Source of the DNA: Chrysomallon squamiferum
Taxonomy: Eukaryota > Animalia > Mollusca
DNA: 64,000 nt
Direction: 5' to 3'
NCBI GenBank assembly: GCA_012295275.1
Contig: CM022671.1
Location: 29,326,001-29,390,000, forward strand
Shown here: positions 27,601-41,647 of the stretch, piece by piece
Layout: the number at the start of each line of letters is the position of its first letter
Numbering within the stretch: the first letter of the stretch is position 1
The notes under the pieces: generated by a model
Databases searched by the model: none
What the model was told of the DNA's origin: nothing
The model's input: the letters and a program-made list of their open reading frames with translations, nothing else
Translations under genes and position numbers: made by a program

Positions 27601-28191
27601 TTAAATTTACCATAATTTATATTTTATTTTCTCTTTCATTTTTTCTTTCTTTCTTTATCTTTATTTTATTTTTCTTTCTTTTCACACAGAAAAGTATACT
27701 GATTTCAAGAAGAACATACACAAACTGTTTCCCATAGTTTTTGACACAAAACACATCTGCTTTTGTGTGAAAAAGGTAAATAACTAAATATGGAAATGGA
27801 CAGTAAAAATTTGAGGGTTGGGAACAAGCTACACATTAAGTCTATACACTGGTCATTAGGAGAAAACTGAATGTTTATTTATCACCCATAGCACATTTAA
27901 TCAGTTATTACATATCAAATGTACATATTTCATAAAATGAAGACTATAAGAAGAAACTCACAATCTGTCTCTGTATTACTGTGTTAAATTATCAGTGCCA
28001 CCATACCATAGCCTCTAATAACTAATTCTCCTACACAATGGCTGGAGTGGCAAATATAATTGTGTAAATATTTGTAAAACCCCCCTAAAACGCCCATTTA
28101 TATCAAAATCCTCATAAACAAGTTAAATCCCCAAATTTAACATTTTAGACTTCTTATATAAAGGTCTAATTTTATTGTTATCTATTTATAA

Positions 28192-28227
<36 letters not shown>

Positions 28228-31200
28228 GCAATTTGAAGAGAGCAAGATTTTATACTACAACTCTCTTGGAGAATTGTATCATTCTCTTGACAGGTGAGTT
28301 GACTTATCTGTAATGTAGTTTTTTACTGGAATAAATATTATTATAATATAATAACATATATTATTATCTTATGTTATGTTATGTTACGCTATGTTACACT
28401 GTATTGCATTATATTATATGTTGAATAATTGTTCACTAAATTAATAGTTAATAATTAAAAACAAGCAAAATGGTAAACACTTCATTATTTCTGAAAATTT
28501 TATGTAAGTCAATGGTGTCAAAAAAACCACCTCCAAAATCTACAGTTATTCTGTTTTTATTTATTTCTAGTCCCGAAGGCAAACATTTTGTTTTGGGTCA
28601 GCCTCATATTGTTCATGCACCAGCATTTCTGAGATACCGTAAGTTTTTATTTTTAATTAATAAGTTGTTTTGGGTTTTTTTATCATTCTACAAAACAAAA
28701 TTATTAATACTGTTCACTAAGGTAACCAAAAAAAAAAAGTTTAATGATACTTCAGCAGTTATGTTATGTTTGATCACAGGAAGATAAAGCCTTAAATACA
28801 TTCTGCTTGCTTCCAAGTTGTTTTATTTGTATTCTGCCATCCAGTTAATAACAAAATTTCCCAATAATACAATATAAAGTTTTAAAATATCAGCTATTCG
28901 TCTTTACTCTCTACAAACAGTTACAGATTAATTTATTCTCAGGTTTTTTAAGTGTTGTCAGAGAAAATCGGTTCTGATATGAAAACAATATTTTGTTTAT
29001 TATAATTTTATTTCCAAAAGGTCAGATTAAAAATATTTTATAAATTAAATTTTAAAATATATTTTCAGAAGAGAGCCAAGCTGCTCATGAAGCTGGATAT
29101 GATGCTTACCAGTGTGGATATAGTATGTATTTTAATAAACATCTCCTTTAATTATTAATTATAGAACTAATGTTAGCAAAATTAGTATTTTCTTACGAAA
29201 TTAAAGAACTGTAAAAAATTTAATAGTAAACAGTTATACTCTTTCATTTTTTTTTTTAAACTTACATTTTACTTTAAAAAGTTTAGATATGTTTCAGTTT
29301 TCAATACATTCTTGCTATATGATTAATCTAAATTTTAAATGTCTTTATTATTATTATTTTTTAACTTATTTTATTTTTTTAAATTTATTTATATTTATTC
29401 ATTTATTTATTTATTTTTATTTTTATTTATTTATTTTTTTTTTTTTCTTTTCTTTCACAAATGTTTTAAAAGTTATTTTATAATTTTATTCAGTTTTCCT
29501 TCGGGTTGCACATCTAGTCACCTTCAAAGACAGGAAGTAAGTCAGTATTTTTTCTTTTGTTTGATTTTATAGAGGAAAACAAAAATCATATTGGAATTTC
29601 TTAGGTATCTATTAAATATGTTATTGCAAACACAAAGAAATTTTAATTATATATATTTCATAATTATACCTAACCATATTAAAAATTTTCTATTAAAATG
29701 ATGTGTTTTAGCTATTAACTCAGTTTTCTTGATTTTTCTCAATTTTGGATAATAATACTGAATTTGTGGACAAAAAACTGACTGTACCCTTTTGGAGTGT
29801 TTTTTTTTCAGCCACTGCATTTAGTTTGTGTTTTTCTGTCTCAACAAAATGCATATTATAAGTGCTTTTCAGCAGTTACTATTCAAAGATTTTGTTATCT
29901 GTTAAAAATAATAATAATAACAATGAAATTCACTTGGATGTTTATCTATTTTACCTCTCTACTGTAAACAGTAAAAGTCAAAATAGAATTTCTCTCTGAG
30001 TTCATTTAAAAAATATACCAAATGTTTGACATGTAAAAATATTCATAAATCAGTGTTATTGAACAATGTTCAGCATAATTCTTTAACTAGTCTTTTTTGT
30101 GCATTCTTCATTTTTAATATTTGTATGTTAAAATACTTAAATATTTAGTAGTCGAAAATGGGTGAAAGATTTCCACAGTGATATTAAACTCCATAATCAG
30201 TCAGTCATTATTTCATTCATACATTTATATAAGTGATGATCAAAACTTTTATTTAGATTTTCATCCTTTTTATCTTCAGGTATTTTTTTTTTTTTTTTTT
30301 TTTTTTTCTTTTTTTTTTCCACTGTTTTCTTTTATTAAATTATCTCAAGATTGATTCAGCTATTTTTGATTTTGATGCACTAATAAATACCGTTTTTTTT
30401 CTTTCTTGCAGATCACTAAATGTTGCACCTTGTTCTTTTAGTGTGTACATGAAATATTTGTCTGAGTTTGTAAACAAAGTAAACATAATCAGGGCAGCAC
30501 TAGAATACATTGTAAGTAACAGTGAACTACACAGTAAACTTCAGTTAGTCATTTACAGACTTGAAGAATGAAATCCACTTGTATTTAAATTTCTGTTATG
30601 AAAAGAAATTTAGTATAGATTTGTTTTTCATTCATGTTTTCAGAATACTAGTTTCTTATATATCTGTTTAAGATATTTTATTTTTCATTTACTTACTTGC
30701 TATTATGATTAAGGTTATTATTTTACAAAATAAATCCATGAAAACATGTTTATTTAGTATTAAGTTAAAATTATTAATATTTATTTTTTAATTTATTTGT
30801 TTTTGCCACAAAATAACACATCTCACCTAATTTAAGAATTTAGATGCAGCAGACCCACCTTCTACAAGGCCACAACTTTTATACGTAACAACAAGGAAAC
30901 ATGGTTACTCTCTCAAAACTGAACAGGTAAATGAATACATCTATAAATTTTTGTTTTCCGATTTTCTCTGTCTCTCTCTTTCTACCTCTCTCTGTGTATG
31001 AGTCTTTGTATGTCTGTATTTGGGTGAATGAAGTTCACTCTTAACAATCTGAGCTAGCACAATGAAATTAGTTTATATTATTCTGGAGTTTAAAAATTTG
31101 TATTTTTATTTATTTGTATAGAACAGTTAAGTTGTTACTATAAAATATATATCCATTTGTTACTTACAAAGCCAGTCAAGCATATTCATAAAGTAACTTT

Positions 31201-32288
31201 CTTATTGGAATGTGTAATTTATATTTTAATGTAAAATCAATCAGTAACTTCAAGAACGTTACAATTTTGACATCTAAGATTAAATATTAAGATTTAAAAA
31301 ATAAATTTGGTTGATAAAAAAATGGGGTCTGTATTCTTTTGCAGTTAGCTTTGTGGTTTTCAAAATATGGAACAGTTGATGTTCGGCTTCAAGGAAAACA
31401 CAAAGCCATGGTGGCCACTACCAACTTTGCAAGGTTGTTTTTTTGTGTATATTTGTATATACCCTTGCATCCTAGCCTGTTATCTCTTTTTTATATGTTT
31501 TAAAATTTACTGCATCAAATTTTGATTATAAAAAATAATGAGGAAACATTTATGTTAGGTATTTTATGTTTTTAATATTAATTTTGTGCTAGTGGAATTT
31601 TTATTTTATTTCTTTTTTAATAACTTAAACAATACAACAGGTTTAACTGTTTTAGGATTACAGAGAAATGGTCGACTTTCCCATTACAGTTCTTGAATGT
31701 TTCATTAAATTCTGTTCCAGTGCAAGAGATATTCTGAGATCTTTTCGAAATCACGACAGAATCCGAGTGGTCTATTACAACATGTGGAAACACTCTCCAG
31801 TAGTTCGTGGATTAATGTGGTTTGTTTATTATTTTATCACCTTTTGCCTTTTTTTATTATTAACAAATTCTACTTATTTTGTGGTTCAGTAATCTTGTTC
31901 TTCTAGATTTTAGTTTCAAAATGAAAATGTATCACTGAATTATAACTAAATATCTGTTATTTAATAAAAACTGTTCTTATTAACATTTGTAGTAACAGTA
32001 GTTCTAACAGCAGTAGTATCACAAAACTGTAATTTTTGGCCACACAATAATACATGTTATATATATATAACAACTGACAGTTCCTAAACAAAAGTTACTT
32101 TTTATATCACGTTTCAACATTTAATAATCATTACTAACTTAAACTGAACTAATATAACTGAATCATTGATGAACAGGTTTTCATTTACATTTTATTTTAT
32201 TTTTTATTTTTTATTTTTTAGGATGGGTGTGGCAGCTTCTGCAAGTGTTTGTCTGTGGATTTTGTTATCTACTAAAAAGAAAAGTTAA
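21005..32288 (+). CDS. PNLDC1: PARN-like CAF1-family DEDDh 3'-5' exoribonuclease with C-terminal membrane anchor (PNLDC1 / piRNA Trimmer), ~541 aa, 22 exons
   Basis: Exons 21005-21083, 21483-21534, 21780-21853, 22324-22357, 22680-22755, 23249-23296, 23638-23732, 23966-24066, 24462-24553, 25259-25341, 26049-26109, 26672-26741, 27690-27775, 28229-28293, 28571-28638, 29069-29122, 29494-29536, 30412-30511, 30837-30926, 31345-31433, 31721-31819, 32222-32288 (1626 nt, phases match). Catalytic motifs AIDTEFTGL, VGHNMLMD and HEAGYDAY; RRM-like FSKYGTVDV. The hydrophobic tail GLMWMGVAASASVCLWILLS-TKKKS* distinguishes PNLDC1 from PARN. Confidence 0.87.
26869..27342. mobile_element. hAT-like MITE in a PNLDC1 intron
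   Basis: Ends CAGACCTTGAC / GTTGAGCCCTG form an imperfect TIR. The 8-bp flanks accaccat / tctaccat (6 of 8) look like a decayed TSD. It interrupts an (ACT/ACC)n microsatellite. Confidence 0.5.
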
Positions 32289-33988
32289 GACTGGAAAGAT
32301 TCATTGATGATAATTGCTCATATATGAATTACACCTTAATGATTATTTAAGTGCAATAATGACAATGTAGATGTATATATATGGTGCATGCTTGGAGACA
32401 ATACAGACTATTTTGAATAATTTTGAATTAGCACATATTATTTTTTTTTCAAGATTTTCTTTATTTCCTTTTTTTAATGGAAGTGAAAAAAAAATATTAA
32501 CAGAATGAATTCTTTTTTTCAATAAAAAATATATTACGAGTTGGGTTTTCTGGTATTTTTTTATGACATGAATAAAACAAATTGTTCATAATGATTGTAT
32601 ATTGATTGGTTTTTCAATATCTAACAATTCTTTTGAAATGCAATTTGAAGTTTAGTATGTGACTATCACTGATTGTATGTACAGTACATATATACTATTT
32701 TTTTTTTATAACTTTGTTAATATATTAGTAAATATTTACATACAGAAGACAGCAAGACTGTCTATGATGAAATAATACCAACCTTCAAAATATTTTAACA
32801 AGTAAAATAGAACTGGAAAAAGGAATGCACACAATTCTCTATCTTGTTCATATATATATTTTTTAAATGTTTATACATACTTTTATATATTTTTTTGGCT
32901 CTGATAAATGTTTAATACCTTAATTTAATACTACTCAATATGGGCAAATTAAATTAATATCTGGAAAAAAAATAAAACAACATTTTACAAGATACATTTT
33001 TAATGTACAACACTAATTTTCATAAGACAGGAAGCTACAAAACTGGACAGATATTTGCATAGTTTGACGTAAAAAGGACTGCACATGAATACATAATTTT
33101 GAAAATACAACAAAAACAACAGAAAAAAACCCATTAATGGATGAATAATGAAAATGTTTGCAATAATAATTAATAATTAATGATTGAAATTTTCTCAAGT
33201 TTATATGATATTTCACAAACCTTTATTAACATGTTAAAAAATAATAAGATTAGTCAATTATTTTGAATGATGATGAGCTGGAAAATTAAATTAACCAAAG
33301 GTTTTGTCAGTTCATTGATGCCATATTCAGATCATTTCTTTGTTGTATGTTGTATCTCATTTTATGAAAATAACCATGTTAACATTTCTGGGACTTTGCT
33401 CAGCAACTTGGACAACAATACATTATTATACATGTTTTACTATTCAAAAAGAAAAAAAGTAGTAATAAACAAAGAATTTGAGCAAAATGTCTGACATTAA
33501 AACATAAATCCACTCTTTACAGAAAAAAATATTACAAAACATTTAACAAATAATATGTATATATTTTGGGTTTTTTCACTAATACATATTCGGTAAGTAT
33601 CAAAAACTAATACATCTAACATTCTAGTACATGTAATAATATATAAAATATGTGCGTATAGTATTAGATCATATGAATTCTTTTTTATGCATAATTAAGT
33701 CGAATTAATTTTGTTTTCACCCATATCTCATACTCAGATAATCCATACTTGTTACTGTCAAACCTTCAGCAAAATGTTTCAAAATTCCAGCACCAATAAT
33801 ATTAAAAACTTGGTACTTACAAGTAAACATTTAAAAAAGTTACAATTACATGGTATGAATCTCTGTACATTGAACTGGTTTTATAAAACTAACTTTTGTA
33901 AATAACATTTTTGAAAAAAATTATGCAAATGTTTTATATGATTTATTCTCATGAAGGGCAATTATTTTATTATTTTCATTTATTTTAT

Positions 33989-34019
<31 letters not shown>

Positions 34020-34484
34020 CTGAATTATATATTATATATATATATATATTTTTTTTTTTTTGTTGACGTTTTAAAATATTTGCTTATTAGAAATCTACAA
34101 AATAAACAAAATAAAATCCAAATGATATGTGATTGTGATTCACTTAAATAGAATGATGCTGATTTAAAATGAAGTTTATGCAACTTATGATTTTTTTTAT
34201 CAAAGGCCATTACACATGCTTTTCAGGGTACATATAAAAAGATATTTTGCTGCTAGTGAAAAAGGAGTAGCTTTGCTGTGTGGCAGTAGAAAATCTCCTC
34301 TCTTACGACATTCCTTTACAATGAGCATGACACTGTCCATCAAGGATTAAAAATACACTGAGGGTTATGTTGTAAAAAATATTCATTCCTTACTTCGCTG
34401 TCTGCTAGGGCAATGAAAAGCTAAATTTCAGCTGAGTTAGTTTCGGAGAGATAACGTGGAGATGTAAATTAGTTTTTGGAAACG

Positions 34485-34681
34485 TTATCTTTTCTTGTCT
34501 TCTTTGCACACAATGACGTACCTCTGAGCCACCATCAGTGGTGGAGAGTAGCCATCAGGGTATGACGTGTCTTCAAACAGCACAGAATAGTCATCTTGTG
34601 GCTGGAAGTCAGAGGAAATCAAAATATTAACGAATTTCCACATCTTCATAAGCTGCACAGTAAACGTTAATAAAGAAAAGG

Positions 34682-34712
<31 letters not shown>

Positions 34713-37700
34713 TAATGTTGATTCAAGGCTCGTCTTACTTTATTAGTAGTAAAGATACAAGTATGTAGATTGTAAATTTTTTTACCCCAGCAGGAGATTC
34801 ATCAACAAGAGCACGATAAAAGCACGTAGTTTGTGGATACAGAGCAAGAACAAGCTGGAAAAGAGAATCAAACGGAACAGCTGGAATTATTATAATTATT
34901 ATAATTATTACTGCAATGAATTAACAGCTTAATTATAGTGGTAGTAATAACACAAATCAGTTGTAGTGATAGTAATAACATAAATATTCTATCAGGTTAT
35001 TTGGAAATGGATTAACTATGTTATAAAACTTAAATAATAGTGCATCACTTTTAGGAAATGTTAATCAAAATAATAACTAAACATTTTATACCTTTTGAAG
35101 GTAGTAAATTACATTGCAGATTGTACAGATAATTAAAAAGAACTTACTGTGCCTTTGGGAAATAGAGCTTCAGGATCAGTCTCTGGGTTAGCTTTCCAGA
35201 TAGGAAGAGGAACTATTCTTCTTCGATTAATTGTGTGACGTCTTAAATTAAAAACATTTTATAATAAAAATACATACACTTGGAAAAAAAAAAAAAAAAA
35301 AAAGGAAATAAAACTGGTACGTTTTAAAATAACATATATGTTATTATCACCCCCTTTAGATTTTATCAGATATTAAATTATTATGCTTTGAAGAATTATT
35401 AGGTTTGCTATAAAAAAAAAAAAAATGATAAGATAACATTAATACAGACTTGCATATGAACTCAGATATGTACACATTTTTCACAATCATGAATTTATCC
35501 ACATTCAGAACAGGTGTGAATATATAAAGTTTGTATTATTAAACATTATTATTTTTAATAAAATGTAAACCACCATATTTTTTAATTCAGTAAATGAAGA
35601 AAAAACTGACTTACTCCTTCCCTTCCTCTGCATCTATATCATCTACTTCATATTTGTTTGTTGTTGCATTGAATGAAACAACTTCAGCCAGTATCCAGTT
35701 CTCTTCTCCGTCTTGACCTTTGACCCTGGCTGCCACTTTGTCTCCAGGTTTAGCAACATAATTACTGTCAGCTGGCACAGCTCCACACAATGGAGGCAAA
35801 CTGAAAATGTGAAGTAAGCAGCAGTAAATATATAGAAAATAAATAATGCCATCCTTTTTTAGTTGGTATGTTTGGTGTTGTATTTGAAATACTTAGTATT
35901 CGTAACAATATATGTGTGTCTGGTAATAATGTGAATTTCCTGTTATGCCTTTGTTAAGGTCAGAGATTGCTTGTTTGTTTTGTTTTTAAATTATTAATAC
36001 AATTTAAAAAAAAATAATAATGTAGAAATATTAAGTCTAGCTTATGCTTATAACCTTCATGAAAAAGATAACATATTTAAGTAGACCTTCTTGTATTCAA
36101 AACCAGCTTAACCCAAAACCAAAGATGAATAATGTACCTTTCTCCAGGCTTGCTAACCCACAGAGGCAAAGTGACTGCATTTTGTTGCAGAAGATTCATA
36201 AGAACTCCTCTTCTCATTATCTGTTTAGGACGGTCAGCATCTCCTGTAATAAAAATTAAATTTTTTAAAATTTCAACAGAAACCTTTTTTTTCCTATTTA
36301 ATTAGAAAGATTGAGCCTCTTCAACAGTTTTGAAGTCTCTTTAGGAGTTAGAATGTATGTAATATGTCTAGAAAATAACATTTTTTTCTTTTAAATTTGT
36401 ATTTAAGAAGCTATAATTAGTTTTAAATAATTATGGTTATTTAGTCAAATTATAAGATTTATTTTTATTTTTATAAAATGATATTAATCAAAGAAGTTAT
36501 TAGAGTTAATAAAATATTTTGTATTTTTTTCTTTGTTTTTGCAATGCATTATAAACCAGCTAAATTCACAAATAATAAGCACCATTACCAAATCTTCTGT
36601 TTTGTGAAGCTCCTTTAATCTCACCAATTTTGTCCAAAGCCTTTCTCAACAATCTACAATTATTTAACAACAACAACACTATAAAATCATGAATACTCTT
36701 GCCTTTTTCAATCTCCCACTGAACTCTATTATAAACAAACTTTATCATTTCCCACATTTCAGAATTGCACTTCTTATGAAACAAATGCAATAATAATGTC
36801 AGAAGTCCATTTTATTATTTTTCCATCCCAAGAAAAATAGTCAAAGTTCACAAGTCAACTTTAAAAAAATGTTGAGTCAGGAAAAGACAGGTGTAAAATG
36901 ACTAACACTACAAATTTAAAATAACAAAACAGTCATTGGAAGGATACTATATTTTCTTCCACATATTTGTGAACTATAATTGGTACTTTCATCCATTTTA
37001 TTTATTTATAATTATTTTTTACATTTTTTTTTCCATTTAAGTCAAAAATAGTTTAATGCAATATGTACATAAAACCTAACAATTTCACAAATTATTTAAA
37101 TTTTTAATTCGGTAATAATGGATACCATTTCAAAAAAGATTAATATTAAAATTAAAAATACTAAAAACATTCAAAATGGAAAATGTATAAATAATTGTGT
37201 AATAAACTTAAAATATTTCCTAAAAATAAACTGCTTTTTGTTTGTTATAGAATCCTGTATTGCATGAAAACATTAACTAGTAAGGGTATTAATATTAGTT
37301 TTTATTTAATAACTATACTGCTTTTTGTTTTGTTTTACATACTCTGCTTCTGCCTCTGCATCCTGCATTGCTGTGTTATACAGACTTCTCAGTTTGTTCT
37401 TGTAATAAGGAGTGACTGCAACACATTTTTAAAAATATAATTTCTATACTTGATAAATTGTAATAATAATTAAAAGAGAAAACCAAACCCATTAATATTT
37501 TCCATAGTTACAGTAGGAAATCTGTAATTAAGTATAATTAAAAGTTAAAAGCTGACAAATAAAAGTTTGTCTGGAAAAATCAATATGCAAATTTCATTTT
37601 ATCTTCAACTATTATTTAATTATGTCATAATTATGGCAAAGAACAGTATGATAAATTATTATATTTTCATTTAGGTCCACATTACAGGTATTAACAGAAG

Positions 37701-38772
37701 ACCATTTCAAACCAAGAAAAATATCTAACTCCAACTTATAATGATTAAAAGCAACAATTACGTTATAGTAACTTATAAAAATTTAATATTTTTGCGAAAT
37801 CCTACTTCTTTGTTCTTGTTGCATTCTTTCATGAGTTTTAGAAATGTTTGTCAGATTGTGTTCGCCTCTTGATCTTTCTTCCTAAAATCAAAGAAAACTT
37901 CTATGATACAAAAAATTATATATCAGTACTTAAGGCAACTGATACTACTCTGTGAAATACTGTTTTTATTTACAACAAATATAAACATTTAGTTATCCAT
38001 TTTGATTACATTTTTTCAAGAATGTGTTAGTAGATAAAGAAAATAAAAAATAAAAATAAAAAAAAGAAGAAATTATAAAAAATATATAATGAATGAACAG
38101 TAATTAATACAGATGTAACATTTTTCTTGAAAGTCAAAGCCAGATGTAACAGTATGTGTGTCACTTATAACATTACTATTTATTTCAGTGATGTTATTCT
38201 GTGGATTCTCAAGTTGCTAAATATAAATGTAATAAAGCTAAGATATTTTCAGTCTGATGGAACTGTCACAGATTTTACTTAGAAGGATTAATTATAACTA
38301 ACAACTGTAATAATTTATTAAAACACTCTACAGATAAGATACAACTACCATCACTAATGAAAGCAGCAGCTTGTCTATTCAGCTTCCACTCAGAAAACGT
38401 GAACCATTATCATTAGCTTGAGAACCATTGCTCAATTAAGAAAACTTGTAGAGCAATTAACTAAAATATTTATAACCAGTTACACAGAGAATACAAATTT
38501 ATAATAATTATTTAATATATTCGTACGTTAATGTTTACTAGTACTACGAATATTATATTAGTTGTATACAAGGAGTTTTCAGGCCATACCTGAACTTCAT
38601 GAATCAACCTATAGAGTTCTTTTAACAAGTCTTTTATCTTGTTTTCTGTGGCAGCTGCAGTGCTGGCAGATTTATCTTCGGGTGGTACTGGACTCATTGA
38701 ACCTGCACTGGACTGGGGACCACTTCCTCCTCCTCCTCCTCCTCCGGAGGACAATTTATTTCTTCCCATCAT
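34485..38772 (-). CDS. SGF29: SAGA-associated factor 29 (tandem Tudor H3K4me2/3 reader), ~322 aa, 9 coding exons
   Basis: Exons (-): 38772-38590, 37881-37806, 37415-37343, 36653-36589, 36243-36138, 35800-35615, 35241-35148, 34854-34786, 34601-34485. Diagnostic motifs MRRGVLMNLLQQNAVTLPLW, PPLCGAVPA..KVAARVK..WILAEVV..KYEVDDID, VLALYPQTTCFYRA and YSVLFEDTSYPDGYSPPLMVAQRYV. Confidence 0.95.
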
Positions 38773-38826
38773 ACATCTACAGTTAAATAGTGTTCATAAC
38801 CTAGAATGAAAACAAAACTGTAACTG

Positions 38827-38829
<3 letters not shown>

Positions 38830-38919
<90 letters not shown>
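38830..38919. repeat. (GA)n microsatellite
   Basis: Perfect dinucleotide run in the SGF29 5' intron. Confidence 0.95.
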
Positions 38920-38924
<5 letters not shown>

Positions 38925-39256
38925 AATAATAAATTGAATTACATTTTCATTCACCTTGAACTGAAAGTGATGCTATCAGTGTCAGTGAAAAGATTTTAAA
39001 AATTAGAAAGTCGACAGTGAGATTTACGTTATCACGCTAATCACGGTTAATTGTTTTGTCATTAAAATGATTAAGAGATATTACTCAACCTAAAACAATT
39101 TATTTATTGAATTACTTTTACTCTAAATGTCCACTCGTAATATAAAATATGTAAAGAAAATTAATATAAACACCTAACAAAATGTGAATTGTGCAGCACA
39201 CATACATCAACAATATAAACAAACTAAGTTTTTTCTACTACAAACAAAAGCACTGA

Positions 39257-39291
39257 AACCGGAAATGCATTTTCTGTGCAATCGGAAATGT
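39257..39291. promoter_or_regulatory. Probable SGF29 promoter: two ETS-like CGGAAAT motifs
   Basis: ccggaaatg (39259) and tcggaaatg (39282), about 500 bp upstream of the start codon. The acceptor at 38777 implies non-coding 5' exon(s). Confidence 0.4.
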
Positions 39292-39365
39292 AATTTCGTC
39301 CATAATAAAATATATGCCTCTGGAGGCCAGTTAGATATATCTCTATTGTCGGCGGCTCATTAAAA

Positions 39366-39416
<51 letters not shown>

Positions 39417-40141
39417 TATAATTATAATTATAATAAATCACTTTAAATAATATTTAAAATGTACCTATTTCATTCTGAACCATAGCAGTTGACAATAAAA
39501 ATGAACATTTCTTAATGTTTGTTTTAATATTTAGCAGTACACAATTCTTATTTTTTAAGTTTCAGAAAGCTTATTGGCATTAACAGTAAGTTATAATTAA
39601 TTACATTTACCTACTAAACAAAGAAGTCAGGACAGACCTTCTTGGATCATATTTAATATTGTTATTTTTTAAATATATAATGTAGACTTTTAATGTACCC
39701 TTTGTTTAAAATTTAAAAATGTCGAATTGGTCATGAAGGTGTGTCAATTTTATTTATGCTATATATTAAATATTACAGTCTCAAGAGATTATAAATTAAT
39801 TGATTAATTAATTAATTAACCGCAAAATTTATTTAAAAACGAAAACACTTTTAATGCAGTTCATAATGCAGTTCATAATAAAACCATCTATATTATATAA
39901 AGGTGTGATCTTTCAGAAGTAACTGGACCATGGTATGTTGTTTTCAACTATCAGATAGATTCACAGATAAGAACAAACCTTAAATTTATTTAGGTACAGT
40001 GTCTTTATTTCTAAGTGTGAAACAACAGGTTGAAAAAAATGAAAAGATAAGTATGATAGTACGGAGCGTCGATTTAGCCTACTAAGTAAAATTTGTCGAT
40101 AAAAATAATAATCTTTTTTGGTTTGTTTATTTGTTTTTTTT

Positions 40142-40172
<31 letters not shown>

Positions 40173-40177
40173 TTATG

Positions 40178-40234
<57 letters not shown>

Positions 40235-40555
40235 GCTGTTAATGTTGTTGTTGCTGCTGCTGCTGCTGTTTTGTTGTTGTTGTTTTTTTAAATAAAAATT
40301 GTTTGCTGCTTATAAATGACATCCAGCCCGCAAACTCCAAAACAACAACCGACAATAGTAATGATGATCATGATAAAATATGTGTATTAATAATAATAAT
40401 AAAACAAACTAAAAGCGCTCAACATTTTTGCGTTGAACAAGACGGTAGCAGAATGTATTTCCATAGCACACGTTATAAGCTTATCATTTCAGCAGTAGTT
40501 CGGTTATTTGTCTTAAAAGTTAAGTATTAGTATTACAAGTAACTGTCATTACAGT

Positions 40556-41590
40556 ATGTTGGTATTTTTGCTTTTAGTAAGTATATTATAATATATTACA
40601 GATATGCAACATAGGACGAACGAAAATTAATTTTTAATTTTTTTATTTTTATTATTATTATTATTTTAAACTTAATTTTTTATTTTATTTTATTTTATTT
40701 ATTTATTTATTTTATTTTTTATTATTATTGAATAGAATTCTATAGAGTTTATTCAAATATTAAATATTTATTTTATAAAGAACACATACATGTGTGTGTG
40801 TGTGTGTGTGTGTGTTTGTATGTATGCATAAGTCTCTATATTACATTACTACAGGCTGCGTATGCCTTAGTGGTTGATGCTGTTGTAAATCAAGCCTGTG
40901 TAACAGGAGATGACTGTGATAACGACGAATGCTGCGTGGTTTTCGTTCCTCGAAAAGGAAAACGACAAAGTTTAACACCAACGTGTCAAAAATTAGGCAC
41001 AGAAAACGTCAACACAGGTTTCCACATTTGTATTCTTACGCCTGCAGAGGTCTTTATTTAAACTTAAGGGTTTTTAAATTCAATTTTCCTTTTCTTTTTT
41101 CTCTTTTTAAAATTTGTTACAGCGATAAATGTTATTAAAAATTAAATCAAAAGTTAGCCAGTTATGAATGAAGCGACAATTATTCTACATTTGGTTGGCC
41201 AACGGTTTTTCTAATATTAAAAAACAGTACGTGTAGATCTTTAAAGTATGATAATCGAGCTGGTATGAATTAATATATTACGTAAGTTTTATTTTATTGT
41301 ATTATTAAATAAATTTTGTTTCCGAAATATATCAAATAAAATATATATAATAAACTATTGATGAAAGGCCATCGCAATAAAATGGAATACATATACATAT
41401 ATATATATGTTTTTCGTCGTCAACTTGTTATTTTATTGTAATGCTTTATTGTTAGTAAAGATTTGTCGATAAAAAACAATTCTTCAAAGAATGTATGACA
41501 TTTAAAATATATGTTCGTATCACCAGCTTATATATTATAGAACAACATTTTAAGTTTATTATTATAATATTATTGTTATTGTTATTGTTG

Positions 41591-41647
<57 letters not shown>

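Noticed and set aside
21005-32288. Calling the CAF1-family gene PARN
   Set aside because: It ends in a hydrophobic tail anchor rather than the long charged PARN C-terminus, which fits PNLDC1.
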